DNA of 64,000 bases from a bacterium (GTDB lineage Bacteria > UBA9089 > JAHJRX01). Position numbers and translations under genes: made by a program. The notes under the pieces were generated by a model. It saw only the letters and a program-made list of their open reading frames with translations. It made no database searches and had not been told where the DNA came from. Numbering within the stretch: position 1 is the stretch's first letter; every line of letters begins with the position of its first letter. Shown here piece by piece: positions 9,722 through 19,146 of this stretch. The DNA lies in NCBI GenBank assembly GCA_018830565.1, contig JAHJRX010000079.1, positions 1,899 through 65,898 on the forward strand, read 5' to 3'.

Positions 9722-9838
9722 AGTAAGATCAAACGGCTTAAACGAATGGCTTATGGATATAAAGACATTCATCACTTTAAACTAAAAATTCATCAACATT
9801 GCGGATATTTGAACCCGAGGAGATTTCAATTCAATTAA
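9722..9838 (+). pseudogene. ISL3-family transposase C-terminal remnant (about 38 codons)
   Basis: Translation SKIKRLKRMAYGYKDIHHFKLKIHQHCGYLNPRRFQFN* matches the conserved ISL3 C-terminus (NNKIKxLKRxAYGFRxxxxFRLKI). Stops lie immediately upstream. A second copy of this motif is at 57592-57717. Confidence 0.55.
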
Positions 9839-10143
9839 GAATGGTTTAAGAATGGTTCTAGTAAATTGGTCTTTATTAACTAATCGGCCAAGGGGAATAT
9901 TGTCTTAAATTACCTATAGAATAAAAAGAAAATTTCATAATCACATTGCTGGGGTTTTTCTTGATATTCACCACTACCTATGATAAAATTACAAACTAAG
10001 TAAATTATTAATTTGGCTTAAAATATCATTGTTGCTATCAAGGTAAAACGGTTCGCTCGGTATAACTTGTTGATATTTAAGTAGTTACGAAAAAAAATAT
10101 TACAATTTTTTGGGGAATATTTATTCCAAGAAGGAGAAGATAC

Positions 10144-12831
10144 ATGTTAAAAGGGTTTAAAAATAAAAATGTTGCTTGTTTGGTATTATTTCTGTTTATT
10201 TGGCAGATCTTTGTTCCTGGTCTAGTGGTCGCCCAACAACAAGCTTCTACTGAACAACTCTTTACTCTTCAAGGTTTACCTTTGCCAACATCAGTTCAAT
10301 CACCAGAAGAAACAAGTTTAAAACCTACTTCTACTTCCCCAAAAAGCATTAAAGAATCTCCAGAAATACCCGCAGACAAAGAAATATTGAAAGAAAAGGA
10401 AAAAGTAGTAACGAAGAAAGAAGCAATAACGATAGAAGAGGAAAAAAAAACCCAGAGATTTGGGTTTTCTTATTTTGCGCCGGCAAAGAAAAGAATCAAG
10501 CAGATTGAGGCATTGATTACTGAAGGTAAAACATTGCCTTTGCTTCCCCCAAAAAGTGCCTTGACCGGCATGGTTGGGCCAATGGAAATGATTAGCGGTG
10601 AGGTGATTGCTACTCCACCGTCCCAATATATTTTAAGTGAAGGAGACAAATTAAACCTATATTTTTGGGGGGATTTTTTAGAACTACGAAATATCCTTTT
10701 ACTTATTGAGGCCGATGGAATGGTAAATATTCCCAGTGCCGGACGAATTATGGCCAAAGGCTTAAACTTAGAACAATTTGAGAATGCAGTTAGGAGCGAA
10801 CTTTTAAGGAAAACAACCACCAAGAATTTAAGTCTTATTGTTACGTTTGATCGTTTAAAGAGTATTCAAGTTTATATTACCGGTTATGCTTTTAGGCCAG
10901 GGGCATATGCCTTAAGTTCCTTAACTACCCTTTTTAATGCTTTAAATGCCTCTGGAGGGCCAAATGATTCTGGTTCTTTGCGGGATATAAAATTACTCCG
11001 CGATAATCAGGTTACCCAGGTAGATTTTTATAATTTTCTGATCAAGGGGGATGGTAAGCAGGATCTTCCTTTAAAAGGGGGAGATATAATTTATGTCAAG
11101 CCTTATGAACGTTTAGTTACAATTGGAGGAGAAGTAAAAAGGCCAGGTATCTATGAGTTAAAAGAAAAAGAAGGAATTGCCGAATTATTAAAGTTTTGTG
11201 GCGGACTAACCCCTAAAGGACTGCCAGAAAGGGTGCATTTAGAAACCGTAGACCCCAACAAAAAACAAATTCTCCGAGATATTGATCTTAACCAGGAAAA
11301 AGAAGTTTCTTTACATGATGGAGATCTGATTATGGTTTTATCCATACCCGAACTTAGAAAAAATTTAGTCCGATTAGAAGGAAAGGTGCTCTTTCCTGGT
11401 GAATATGAGTTAAAAAAAGGAATGCGGGTAAAAGACTTATTTTCTCTGCCTAATAAGATTTTAGGAGAGGCTGACTTAGAAATGGCCTATATAGTAAGAT
11501 GGAATACAGATATGCGCACCACCCGACTTATTTCTATCAACTTAGAAAAAGCATTAACAGAAGAGACGAAAAACAATCTTTTGTTAGAAGAATTGGACCG
11601 GGTGATTGTTTATTCTAAGTGGGAGACAAGATGGATACCGGCGAGGATAGTGCGGATCCTGGGGGCAGTCTCCCGACCAGGCAGTGTGGAACGGGCAGAT
11701 AATATGTACCTTTCTGACCTGATTATCAGAGGGGGAGGATTATTACCAGATGCCTATGAGAAAGGTTACATTGCCCATGCCTATGGAGAGGGAAAGACAG
11801 AAATAGAAGATATTGATTTAAAGAAACTAAGTGCCGGGGTGGAACAGGAAAACAAACTATTAAGGGATGGGGATCTGGTCTTTATCCCCCGTAAGTCTGA
11901 GTTTATTTCTACCCCCCAGTTTGTTAGCCTTGAGGGAGAGGTAAAGTATCCTGGCGCCTATGCTTTAAAGAATAAAGAAGAAAAATTATCAGCCTTGATT
12001 GAGAGGGCGGGAGGATTTACTAAAGATGCCTTTATCTCAGGAACAATATTTAAACGTAATCTTGCCTTTACCGAGGAGCAGAAAAAGGATCTGCAGATAG
12101 TTAATGAATTAATTGATGTTTTGAATGATTTGGAATATAAACGGAGTCTCGCCCGGGCACAATGGCTGGAAAAGATTCAGGCTACAGAACTAATTTCTTC
12201 CACTAAAGGAGTGTCGGCTGGTACACCCATCATTTCCGGAGGCGCCAGCGAAGTTGCCTCTTTAGAGGCAAGTAAACAGGCCGGACAATTAGCTGGAGAA
12301 GCTATTGGACAAATAACCGAGGCCATCTCACCTACTTTACCTTTAAGTGTAGTTAGCCCTCCGCGCCAACTCAAACAACTCTTTCCTGGGGAAAGGATCG
12401 TTATAGATTTAAAATCAATCTTAGAAAGGAAAGAGAGTAAAAAGGATATCATCCTTAAAGATGGTGATGCCATTATTATTCCGAGCCGACCTTATCTTGT
12501 TTCTGTAATCGGGGCAGTGGTTAAGGCCTCTAATATAAGCTATAAAGAAAATATGAACCTCCACTATTATCTTAGACAGACCGGGGGAGCTACCGAAGAT
12601 GCCGATCTAAAAAAAATTATGATTACCCGGGCTAATGGGACTATCTTATCTACCAACTATAAAAAAAATTCTCTTATTGAAGAAGGAGATATTATTTATC
12701 TTCCAACCAAAGTAATGGTTACTGAGATCGTAGATCGCTTGGACAAGATAATTTCTGCCGTAAAATTTGTGACGGTAACTGTTGCTACCATGGTAGTTAC
12801 GGCATTTTTAATTCGGGAATTAAAAAAATAA
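10144..12831 (+). CDS. Polysaccharide export outer-membrane/periplasmic protein (Wza/Poly_export domain + multiple SLBB repeats), 895 aa
   Basis: Signal peptide. Poly_export-like segment (SQYILSEGDKLNLYFWGD...SIQVYITGYAFRPGAY) then at least four SLBB-like repeats (GDIIYVKPYERLVTIGGEVKRPG...), an Ala/Gly-rich linker and a C-terminal TM helix. Confidence 0.75.
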   Translation: MLKGFKNKNVACLVLFLFIWQIFVPGLVVAQQQASTEQLFTLQGLPLPTSVQSPEETSLKPTSTSPKSIKESPEIPADKEILKEKEKVVTKKEAITIEEEKKTQRFGFSYFAPAKKRIKQIEALITEGKTLPLLPPKSALTGMVGPMEMISGEVIATPPSQYILSEGDKLNLYFWGDFLELRNILLLIEADGMVNIPSAGRIMAKGLNLEQFENAVRSELLRKTTTKNLSLIVTFDRLKSIQVYITGYAFRPGAYALSSLTTLFNALNASGGPNDSGSLRDIKLLRDNQVTQVDFYNFLIKGDGKQDLPLKGGDIIYVKPYERLVTIGGEVKRPGIYELKEKEGIAELLKFCGGLTPKGLPERVHLETVDPNKKQILRDIDLNQEKEVSLHDGDLIMVLSIPELRKNLVRLEGKVLFPGEYELKKGMRVKDLFSLPNKILGEADLEMAYIVRWNTDMRTTRLISINLEKALTEETKNNLLLEELDRVIVYSKWETRWIPARIVRILGAVSRPGSVERADNMYLSDLIIRGGGLLPDAYEKGYIAHAYGEGKTEIEDIDLKKLSAGVEQENKLLRDGDLVFIPRKSEFISTPQFVSLEGEVKYPGAYALKNKEEKLSALIERAGGFTKDAFISGTIFKRNLAFTEEQKKDLQIVNELIDVLNDLEYKRSLARAQWLEKIQATELISSTKGVSAGTPIISGGASEVASLEASKQAGQLAGEAIGQITEAISPTLPLSVVSPPRQLKQLFPGERIVIDLKSILERKESKKDIILKDGDAIIIPSRPYLVSVIGAVVKASNISYKENMNLHYYLRQTGGATEDADLKKIMITRANGTILSTNYKKNSLIEEGDIIYLPTKVMVTEIVDRLDKIISAVKFVTVTVATMVVTAFLIRELKK

Positions 12832-12896
12832 GGAAAAATAAAAAGTTAAAAGTAAAAACTGTTGAAACTGGACATTGGGCCTGAAGGAGATGTAAA

Positions 12897-13478
12897 ATGA
12901 AGTTGTTGAGGATTTTTCTAAGGGTGATTTTTCTTGGGGTAGTGTTCCTTACTACTCAGGGAGAGGTCGCAGAGACGGCTGATATCAAAGTGAATGTTAC
13001 TCTTCAGACCATCTCTGTCTCGGTTACCTCCAACGGGACTTGGAATATGGGGATGGTCGGGGTTGGGTCTACAACCACCATGGCCAATAACCAGAAGATT
13101 ACTATTTTAAATGATGGTAATGGTTCCCAGACCTATACCCTCCAGGTGACAAATACCGGTGGAATCTGGACTGCCTCTTCGACAGAAAGCAATGGTCAAG
13201 ACAAATTTGTCTTAAGTGGGGTATTCTCAGCCACGGCTGATACGGGGGTAGTAGGGGCAAACTTCAACACCGGCACGAATGATGATGTGATTAAATCTAC
13301 AGATCCGAAGACGGCTACTACTGAAACCTATGCCACCGGGGCCATTGCTACGGCCAATGGTGTTTCAGTTTCTGCTGGTGAAGCCAGGGCACTCTGGCTC
13401 CAGTTTAAAGCGCCCTCATCGTCCACGGTCAATACCCAACAGACTATAGCCGTAACCATAGGAGTAATTGGTGGATAG
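12897..13478 (+). CDS. Secreted Thr/Gly/Ser-rich beta-rich protein (possible fibre/pilin-like subunit)
   Basis: 193 aa. Signal peptide MKLLRIFLRVIFLGVVFLTTQG; markedly higher GC than flanking genes; no Cys; C-terminal beta-strand TIAVTIGVIGG. Confidence 0.5.
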   Translation: MKLLRIFLRVIFLGVVFLTTQGEVAETADIKVNVTLQTISVSVTSNGTWNMGMVGVGSTTTMANNQKITILNDGNGSQTYTLQVTNTGGIWTASSTESNGQDKFVLSGVFSATADTGVVGANFNTGTNDDVIKSTDPKTATTETYATGAIATANGVSVSAGEARALWLQFKAPSSSTVNTQQTIAVTIGVIGG

Positions 13479-13480
13479 GG

Positions 13481-14404
13481 ATGAATCCCGTTAGAAAACT
13501 CGGGATAGCCCTGTTAGAAAAGTTTTCTAACCGGGTGAATCTATCCCTCTGGATATTAATGATCGCAATGGTAATCTCCTTGGGTGTGAAAGAGTCTCTG
13601 GCTAAAGGTCTTGGGGTCTCACCGGGCAACCTGCTTATTCAAGGGATATCAGTAGGAAAGTCCTATGAATTAGCCGTTCCCCTCACTATTCAGAATAGGA
13701 GTGAGGAGCCTCTGGTTTATCACCTTTTGATCTGTAAACCTTCTCGGATTGGGGCCAGGTGGCCTGAGGGTTACTTGGAAATACCGGAAGAAAGCTTTCT
13801 TCATCTTGAACCAGCCAAATTAATGGTTCCGGCAAATGATCTAGCCCAGGCAAAGATCTGTCTTGCTATCCCCAAGGAAGAGAGGTATTGTAACCAACAC
13901 TGGGTGGCTTTAATTGAAGTAAAGGGTGAACACAAGAAGGGTGAGGGAGTTGTTTTAGCTGCCTATCCTTTCCTCTTCCTTGAGACAGAACCAAGGACTG
14001 ATCTAACTCAAAGACCAGACGGCTCAACCGGCCTTAAGCCAAGTCAAATCTCCTTAGAAGATATTTTCTCAGAGGATACCAGAGGGGCTGCCGAAGTAGA
14101 GATCTACAACAACGATGATTCAGCCAATACTTATAAGATTACGTCTACTTCTCTCTCTACTAAAATAGGAGAAGGGATTTGTCTTTCGGATTCATATGAG
14201 CCCTTACCTAATCCAGCCTGGATTATCCCTGAAAGGGAAGAGATCAGGATAGAGGGAGGGAGAAATGCTATCATTTTTTTAAGGCTTGATATCCCAGCCA
14301 AACCAGAGTTTTATGGTAAAAGGTGGGAAGGGATAGTCTTGGTCAAGCCCAAAGAAGGGCGGGCAGTCTTTGTTAGGGTTAAACTAAGAACAGTAAAAAA
14401 ATGA
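13481..14404 (+). CDS. Secreted/membrane-anchored two-domain (Ig-like) protein, chaperone-like?
   Basis: 307 aa. N-terminal hydrophobic segment; two similar 110-120-aa beta-rich domains. ATG overlaps the upstream stop (ATGA). Same high-GC block. Confidence 0.45.
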   Translation: MNPVRKLGIALLEKFSNRVNLSLWILMIAMVISLGVKESLAKGLGVSPGNLLIQGISVGKSYELAVPLTIQNRSEEPLVYHLLICKPSRIGARWPEGYLEIPEESFLHLEPAKLMVPANDLAQAKICLAIPKEERYCNQHWVALIEVKGEHKKGEGVVLAAYPFLFLETEPRTDLTQRPDGSTGLKPSQISLEDIFSEDTRGAAEVEIYNNDDSANTYKITSTSLSTKIGEGICLSDSYEPLPNPAWIIPEREEIRIEGGRNAIIFLRLDIPAKPEFYGKRWEGIVLVKPKEGRAVFVRVKLRTVKK

Positions 14405-15906
14405 AGTGGTGGTTTTTGGGCTTGAGAAGAAAGGTAAGGATGACCTCTCTGGTGGTATTTTTCCTGGCCCTATCTTTAAGTAAAGTTGCAGCTTCTCCAA
14501 CCGCTACCTTTGCCATTATTGTTACGACTGTTGAAAACACCTCTCCCAAGGCAAATATTATTAGACCAAAGAATGGGGCTAAAGTTTCTGGGAAGACAGT
14601 CATTATTGAGGCAACAAGTCTTGATTCAGACATTGCCAGCATAAAATACCAATATAGACAAAAAAACCGAAAGTTATGGACAGATATTATTAGTAGCACC
14701 AATCCAACGTCCATGTTTTCTCTAACCTGGGATACTACCAATCTACCAAGTGGTAGCTATGATTTAAGGGCAGTTGCCAGGGACAACGCCAATAACGAAG
14801 ACGAGGAGCCTCTTACCATTACCCTGATCATTGAGCATAATAACTTTGATTATGCTGAAGATGAGGTAGAAAAGGATAAAGACAATCTGATCGAGGGTGG
14901 GAATGGAACTAAGATAAAGATACCTGACGGTGCTCTAAATAGTAAGACGATTATTAGAGTCTCAAGACCAGACTGGCATAGCCTTCCTTCCTTAAGGGAG
15001 AACCCTACGGGGCTATATCTTGAGGTTACCCTCGAGAGCAAACAGAACTTATTAAATAAACCAGCTACCATTTCCCTACCTTACCAAGATAAGGACAGCA
15101 ATGGCTTAGTCGATGGAACGAGGATTCTGGAGGCAAATCTAAAGCTATGCCGATGGGATGGAAATAACTGGGTTGAGCTTCCCACTACCATAGATCCAGT
15201 GAAGAATATGGCTACGGCTATTACTAATCATTTTACCATTTTTGGTCTCTTTGGTGGTTTAGATACCATTTTTGGAAAAGCAACAGGTACGGATGGTGTT
15301 GGCTTAAAGGGTGTTAAGATAGAGGTATTAAAGGGAGGGGGTGTTGAGAAGTCAATCCTGACAGAGGCTAACGGTAACTATTTAATTTCTGGTCTGACAG
15401 GGATATACGGAGTAAGAGCTTACCAGGAAGACTTTGTCACCCAGATCAAGGATAATATTACCCCAGGAACAGAGGTAAACTTTATTCTCATCCCTTCAAG
15501 ATTCAAGACTTATATTTATCCCAATCCATTTAAGGTGAATAAAGAGGATCTCTGCACCATTAAATTTCATTTACCTCAAGCCGAAAAGGTGGCCATCAAA
15601 ATTTATGACCTTACGGGGAGCTTAATCCGAGAGTTAATCGATGAGAACTATGCTCCTGGGACCTATCAGGTAAGGTGGGATGGCAAGAATGACCATGGAG
15701 ACAAGGTGGCCAGCGGAGTCTATCTTTACCTGATCAAGGTGGGGTCAAAGGCCAAGGTCAAGAAGATAGCAGTTATTAAGTATGCCCAAGGTGTAAAAAT
15801 GAAGAATAAAGTTACTCCAAAATTACACCCTGATTTCATACGGATTATAAAAGTCAAAGCAATTTGTCCCTTTTTTATAAAGAAGAATAAAAGTCACTGT
15901 CCTTAA
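14401..15906 (+). CDS. Secreted surface protein: Big-like N-domain, CarboxypepD_reg-like domain, and C-terminal FlgD-Ig/T9SS-CTD-like sorting domain
   Basis: 501 aa. Signal peptide. TYIYPNPFKVN...IKIYDLTGSLIREL...GTYQVRWDGKNDHGDKVASGVYLYLIKVG matches the Por_Secre_tail/FlgD_ig consensus. The last ~10 codons run into the tandem repeat, so the true C-terminus is uncertain. Confidence 0.6.
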   Translation: MKWWFLGLRRKVRMTSLVVFFLALSLSKVAASPTATFAIIVTTVENTSPKANIIRPKNGAKVSGKTVIIEATSLDSDIASIKYQYRQKNRKLWTDIISSTNPTSMFSLTWDTTNLPSGSYDLRAVARDNANNEDEEPLTITLIIEHNNFDYAEDEVEKDKDNLIEGGNGTKIKIPDGALNSKTIIRVSRPDWHSLPSLRENPTGLYLEVTLESKQNLLNKPATISLPYQDKDSNGLVDGTRILEANLKLCRWDGNNWVELPTTIDPVKNMATAITNHFTIFGLFGGLDTIFGKATGTDGVGLKGVKIEVLKGGGVEKSILTEANGNYLISGLTGIYGVRAYQEDFVTQIKDNITPGTEVNFILIPSRFKTYIYPNPFKVNKEDLCTIKFHLPQAEKVAIKIYDLTGSLIRELIDENYAPGTYQVRWDGKNDHGDKVASGVYLYLIKVGSKAKVKKIAVIKYAQGVKMKNKVTPKLHPDFIRIIKVKAICPFFIKKNKSHCP

Positions 15907-16077
15907 TGGCTGTTAATACCAATCATAATTTCTTGATCATCTCCTCAATTAATCCTTCGATGGTATAAATGGTATGATTCGATGGTATAAAGAGGAATAA
16001 AAGTCGCTGTCCTTAATGGTTGTTAATACCAATCATAATTTCTTGATCATCTCCTCAATTAATCCTTCGATGGTATG
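15884..16077. repeat. Tandem direct repeat (2 x about 85 bp, period 110 bp) duplicating the 3' end of cobA/hemD
   Basis: gaataaaagtc[a/g]ctgtccttaatgg[c/t]tgttaataccaatcataatttcttgatcatctcctcaattaatccttcgatggtat occurs at 15884-15968 and 15994-16077. Copy 2 contains the real hemD stop and last ~14 codons. Confidence 0.85.
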
Positions 16078-17538
16078 AACAGGGCTGATGATATCAACTT
16101 TTATCTTTAAATCTTGAGCTGTTTTAGCGGTCACGAGACCAAGGCAAGCAATCTTCATGCCATCTAAATTACATTTACCAAAATCCTGGTAGAAATATTT
16201 TACAGTAGAAGAACTAGTAAAGGTAATCACATTTATCTCCTTTTTCTTAATCAGCTCCTTGATCTCTTCTTTTTTTAAGTTATCTTCTTTTACCGTCTGG
16301 TAACAAGCCACTTCATCTACGGTAGCTTCTCTTTTTTCTAGTTCTTGGGCGATTACTTCCCTGGCTTCTTTAGCTCGAGGAAATAAGATCTTCTTATTCT
16401 TAAGATCAACCTCCTTAAATTTAGAGACGATAGATTCAGCTATGAATCTTTCTGGGGGAACTAAATCTATCAACACCCCATACTTACTAATCTCTTTGGC
16501 TGTTTTAGGACCTATCGCGGCAATCTTAATTCCTTTTAATTCCCTGATGTCTTTGCCTAATTTAAAAAGTCTTTTTACGAAATACTTAACTCCCTGGACA
16601 CTAGTAAAAATAAGCCAGTGGTACTGAGATAAGTTTTTAATCTTATTATCTAATTCCGTATAGTCTTCTAACTCCACTATCTTAATTAAAGGGTATTCAA
16701 TAGGAGCAGCTCCGTTGGCTTGTAATAATTTACAAAATTCACTGGCTTGCTCTAATGGCCTAGTTACCAGGATCTTTTTGCCAAACAAAGGTCTTTGTTC
16801 ATACCAATTTAACTTTTCTCTTAAGTTTACTACCTCTCCTACGACGATGACACAAGGAGGCTTGACCTTCTCTTTGGCTACTTTTTTAGTAATATCCTTT
16901 AATGTTCCTACCACTGTCTTTTGATCGGAAGTAGTTCCCCAACGAATAACCGCTACGGGTATCTCTTTATCCTTTCCATAAGAAATTAATTTATCAATAA
17001 TTTGAGATAAATTTTCCATGCCCATTAAGATGACTAAAGTATCTTTTTGTTTAGCCAATGCTTTCCAGTCAATAGATGATTCTTCCTTGTTTGGATCTTC
17101 ATGTCCAGTAATTATGGTAACCTGAGAAGCAATCTCTCTATGGGTTAAAGGAATGCCGGCATAACTGGGGACAGCTAAAGCAGAGGAAACTCCCGCAATT
17201 ACTTCAAAAGGTAAACGATGCTTCTCTAAGAAGAGAGCCTCCTCGCTTCCTCTTCCAAATAAGTAAGAATCACCCCCTTTAAGCCGCACGACCATTTTTC
17301 CTTCTTTAGCCTTTTTAAGGAGAAGCTTGTTGATCTTTTCTTGAGAAAGAACATGGTGCTTGCTATATTTTCCTGCATAGATTAATTCTGTCTCAATCTT
17401 AGTGTAGTCTAAGAGTTCTTTATCTATTAAATAGTCATAAATAACTACATCGGCTTCTTTTAGACAATTAATAGCTTTTAAGGTAATAAGATCAGGGTCT
17501 CCTGGTCCAGCGCCAACTAAAAATACCTTACCTGACAT
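16033..17538 (-). CDS. hemD: Uroporphyrinogen-III C-methyltransferase / uroporphyrinogen-III synthase fusion (CobA-HemD)
   Basis: 501 aa. N-terminus MSGKVFLVGAGPGDPDLITLKA (SUMT/CobA) and a C-terminal HemD-like half. Confidence 0.88.
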   Translation of the reverse strand: MSGKVFLVGAGPGDPDLITLKAINCLKEADVVIYDYLIDKELLDYTKIETELIYAGKYSKHHVLSQEKINKLLLKKAKEGKMVVRLKGGDSYLFGRGSEEALFLEKHRLPFEVIAGVSSALAVPSYAGIPLTHREIASQVTIITGHEDPNKEESSIDWKALAKQKDTLVILMGMENLSQIIDKLISYGKDKEIPVAVIRWGTTSDQKTVVGTLKDITKKVAKEKVKPPCVIVVGEVVNLREKLNWYEQRPLFGKKILVTRPLEQASEFCKLLQANGAAPIEYPLIKIVELEDYTELDNKIKNLSQYHWLIFTSVQGVKYFVKRLFKLGKDIRELKGIKIAAIGPKTAKEISKYGVLIDLVPPERFIAESIVSKFKEVDLKNKKILFPRAKEAREVIAQELEKREATVDEVACYQTVKEDNLKKEEIKELIKKKEINVITFTSSSTVKYFYQDFGKCNLDGMKIACLGLVTAKTAQDLKIKVDIISPVHTIEGLIEEMIKKL

Positions 17539-17539
17539 T

Positions 17540-18466
17540 TTAACCTTCTCTCTTTAATTCTTTAATAATTTCATTAGCTTCCTTGTTCAATAATCTGGTA
17601 GCTAATTCTTTTCCTAAATCTTCTGCCTTTGTCTTTTTCCCTATCATTTTATCTTTGACTACTTTTTGGCCATCTAAAGAGGAGACCATTCCTTGAATAA
17701 GTAGCATTTTATCTTTTGTTTGAGCAAGAACACCAATAGGAACTTGGCAACCGCCCCCCAGTTCTTTAAGAAAAGATCTTTCTGCCCGTACTTCCCACTG
17801 GGAATTTAAACAATTTACTTTCTCTGCTAACTCTCTTATTTTGCAATCTTCTTTTCTTACTTCTATGCCTAAGGCACCTTGGCCTGCGGCCGGAAGAAAG
17901 GCTTTGATGGGTAATTCTTGAGTCATTAACTTGATTAAGTTTAGTCGAATCAGCCCACAAACAGCTACTATTATAGCTTCAAGACTACCTTCTTTTAGTT
18001 TTTTAATTCTGGTATCTAAATTCCCCCTTATCTCTACTACATTTAAATCTCTTCGCAGATTTAGTAACTGTACCTTTCTTCGAAGACTACTTGTTCCTAC
18101 GGTGGCTCTTGGTGGTAAATGGAGTAAGTTATGACCATTTTTTGAGATTAAAGCATCTTTTGGATTTATTCTTGGCAGTATCGCCGCCATGGTAAGCTCT
18201 GAAGGTAATTCCGTAGGCAGATCTTTCATACTGTGAATGGCCAGGTCAATTTCTTCTTTTATCAAGGCTTCTTCAATTTCTTTAACAAATAAGCCCTTTC
18301 CTCCTTCCTTATCTAAAGAGGAATTTAGCGATAGATCTCCTTTGGTCTTAATTATCTTAACTTCAAAAGAATAAGAACTGTTAAGTCTTTTAAGTTCTTC
18401 AATGACTAAATTAGTTTGAGCTAAAGCAAGTTTACTTCCTCGACTACCCACCATAATCTTCTTCAT
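17540..18466 (-). CDS. hemC: Porphobilinogen deaminase (hydroxymethylbilane synthase)
   Basis: 308 aa. MKKIMVGSRGSKLALAQT... is the HemC N-terminus. In operon with hemA and hemD. Confidence 0.9.
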   Translation of the reverse strand: MKKIMVGSRGSKLALAQTNLVIEELKRLNSSYSFEVKIIKTKGDLSLNSSLDKEGGKGLFVKEIEEALIKEEIDLAIHSMKDLPTELPSELTMAAILPRINPKDALISKNGHNLLHLPPRATVGTSSLRRKVQLLNLRRDLNVVEIRGNLDTRIKKLKEGSLEAIIVAVCGLIRLNLIKLMTQELPIKAFLPAAGQGALGIEVRKEDCKIRELAEKVNCLNSQWEVRAERSFLKELGGGCQVPIGVLAQTKDKMLLIQGMVSSLDGQKVVKDKMIGKKTKAEDLGKELATRLLNKEANEIIKELKREG

Positions 18467-19146
18467 TGCCTTTTACCTTCTTCAATCACTTTTTTTATTA
18501 AGTTATTTACTTTATCTAAGTTACCTTCTTTGAGATACTCTATAGTCTTTGAGCTAACTACACCTTCCCAAACTAATCTTCTCTTTTGGGGGTCAGAAAC
18601 TTCTTGGATGACTTTTTTTCTAATACTTCCTAAGATATTTACTAATTCTCCATATTCCTGGCCGTAAAGCTGAGCGATCTCATCTTTTATCTTCTTAGCT
18701 AAGAAAGGGCTTTTTCCAGCAGTAGAGACACTAATAACTAAGTCTCCTCTTTTAGTTACGGCGGGGACTATGTAGTTACATAATTTTATATTATCAACTA
18801 TATTTACTAAGATTCTTAACTTATGAGCATCTTTGGCAATCTTTTCATTGGTTTTTAAGCAATTAGTGGCTCCGATTACTAAAAAAGCTCCTTTGAGATC
18901 TTTGGTTTGATACTCTTTTTCGTGGAAATAAATCTTATTCTTGTGGGAACAAATCTTATTCTCGTGGGAACAAATTTTATTTTCCTTGAAAAAAACTCTT
19001 AGTTCTTCATTTAATTTTTTACTTACCACATGTACTTTAGCGCCACATTCTAATAAAGAGAGAACTTTTCGATAAGCTATGTCTCCTCCTCCTACCACGA
19101 CACACTTTTTATTCTTAATATTTAACTCTAAATTATAGTATTTCAT
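18463..19146 (-). CDS. sirC: Precorrin-2 dehydrogenase / sirohydrochlorin ferrochelatase (SirC / CysG N-terminal-like)
   Basis: 227 aa. Rossmann motif VVVGGGDIAYRKV... Contains an in-frame 7-aa tandem repeat (NKICSHE x2 + NKIYFHE). Confidence 0.72.
   Translation of the reverse strand: MKYYNLELNIKNKKCVVVGGGDIAYRKVLSLLECGAKVHVVSKKLNEELRVFFKENKICSHENKICSHKNKIYFHEKEYQTKDLKGAFLVIGATNCLKTNEKIAKDAHKLRILVNIVDNIKLCNYIVPAVTKRGDLVISVSTAGKSPFLAKKIKDEIAQLYGQEYGELVNILGSIRKKVIQEVSDPQKRRLVWEGVVSSKTIEYLKEGNLDKVNNLIKKVIEEGKRQ
18920..18985. repeat. In-frame 21-bp tandem repeat (3 copies) inside the sirC-like gene
   Basis: gtggaaataaatcttattctt / gtgggaacaaatcttattctc / gtgggaacaaattttattttc on the + strand, encoding ENKICSH-type heptads on the minus strand. 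Confidence 0.8.

Noticed and set aside
12897-13478. Calling the 193-aa secreted protein a spore-coat-U/Csu-type pilin, and the 307-aa protein a PapD-like chaperone
   Set aside because: There are only vague pattern resemblances (Thr/Gly-rich beta protein; two Ig-like domains). No usher gene, no conserved Cys pair and no clear motif match. Kept as a hypothesis in the findings, not as a call.
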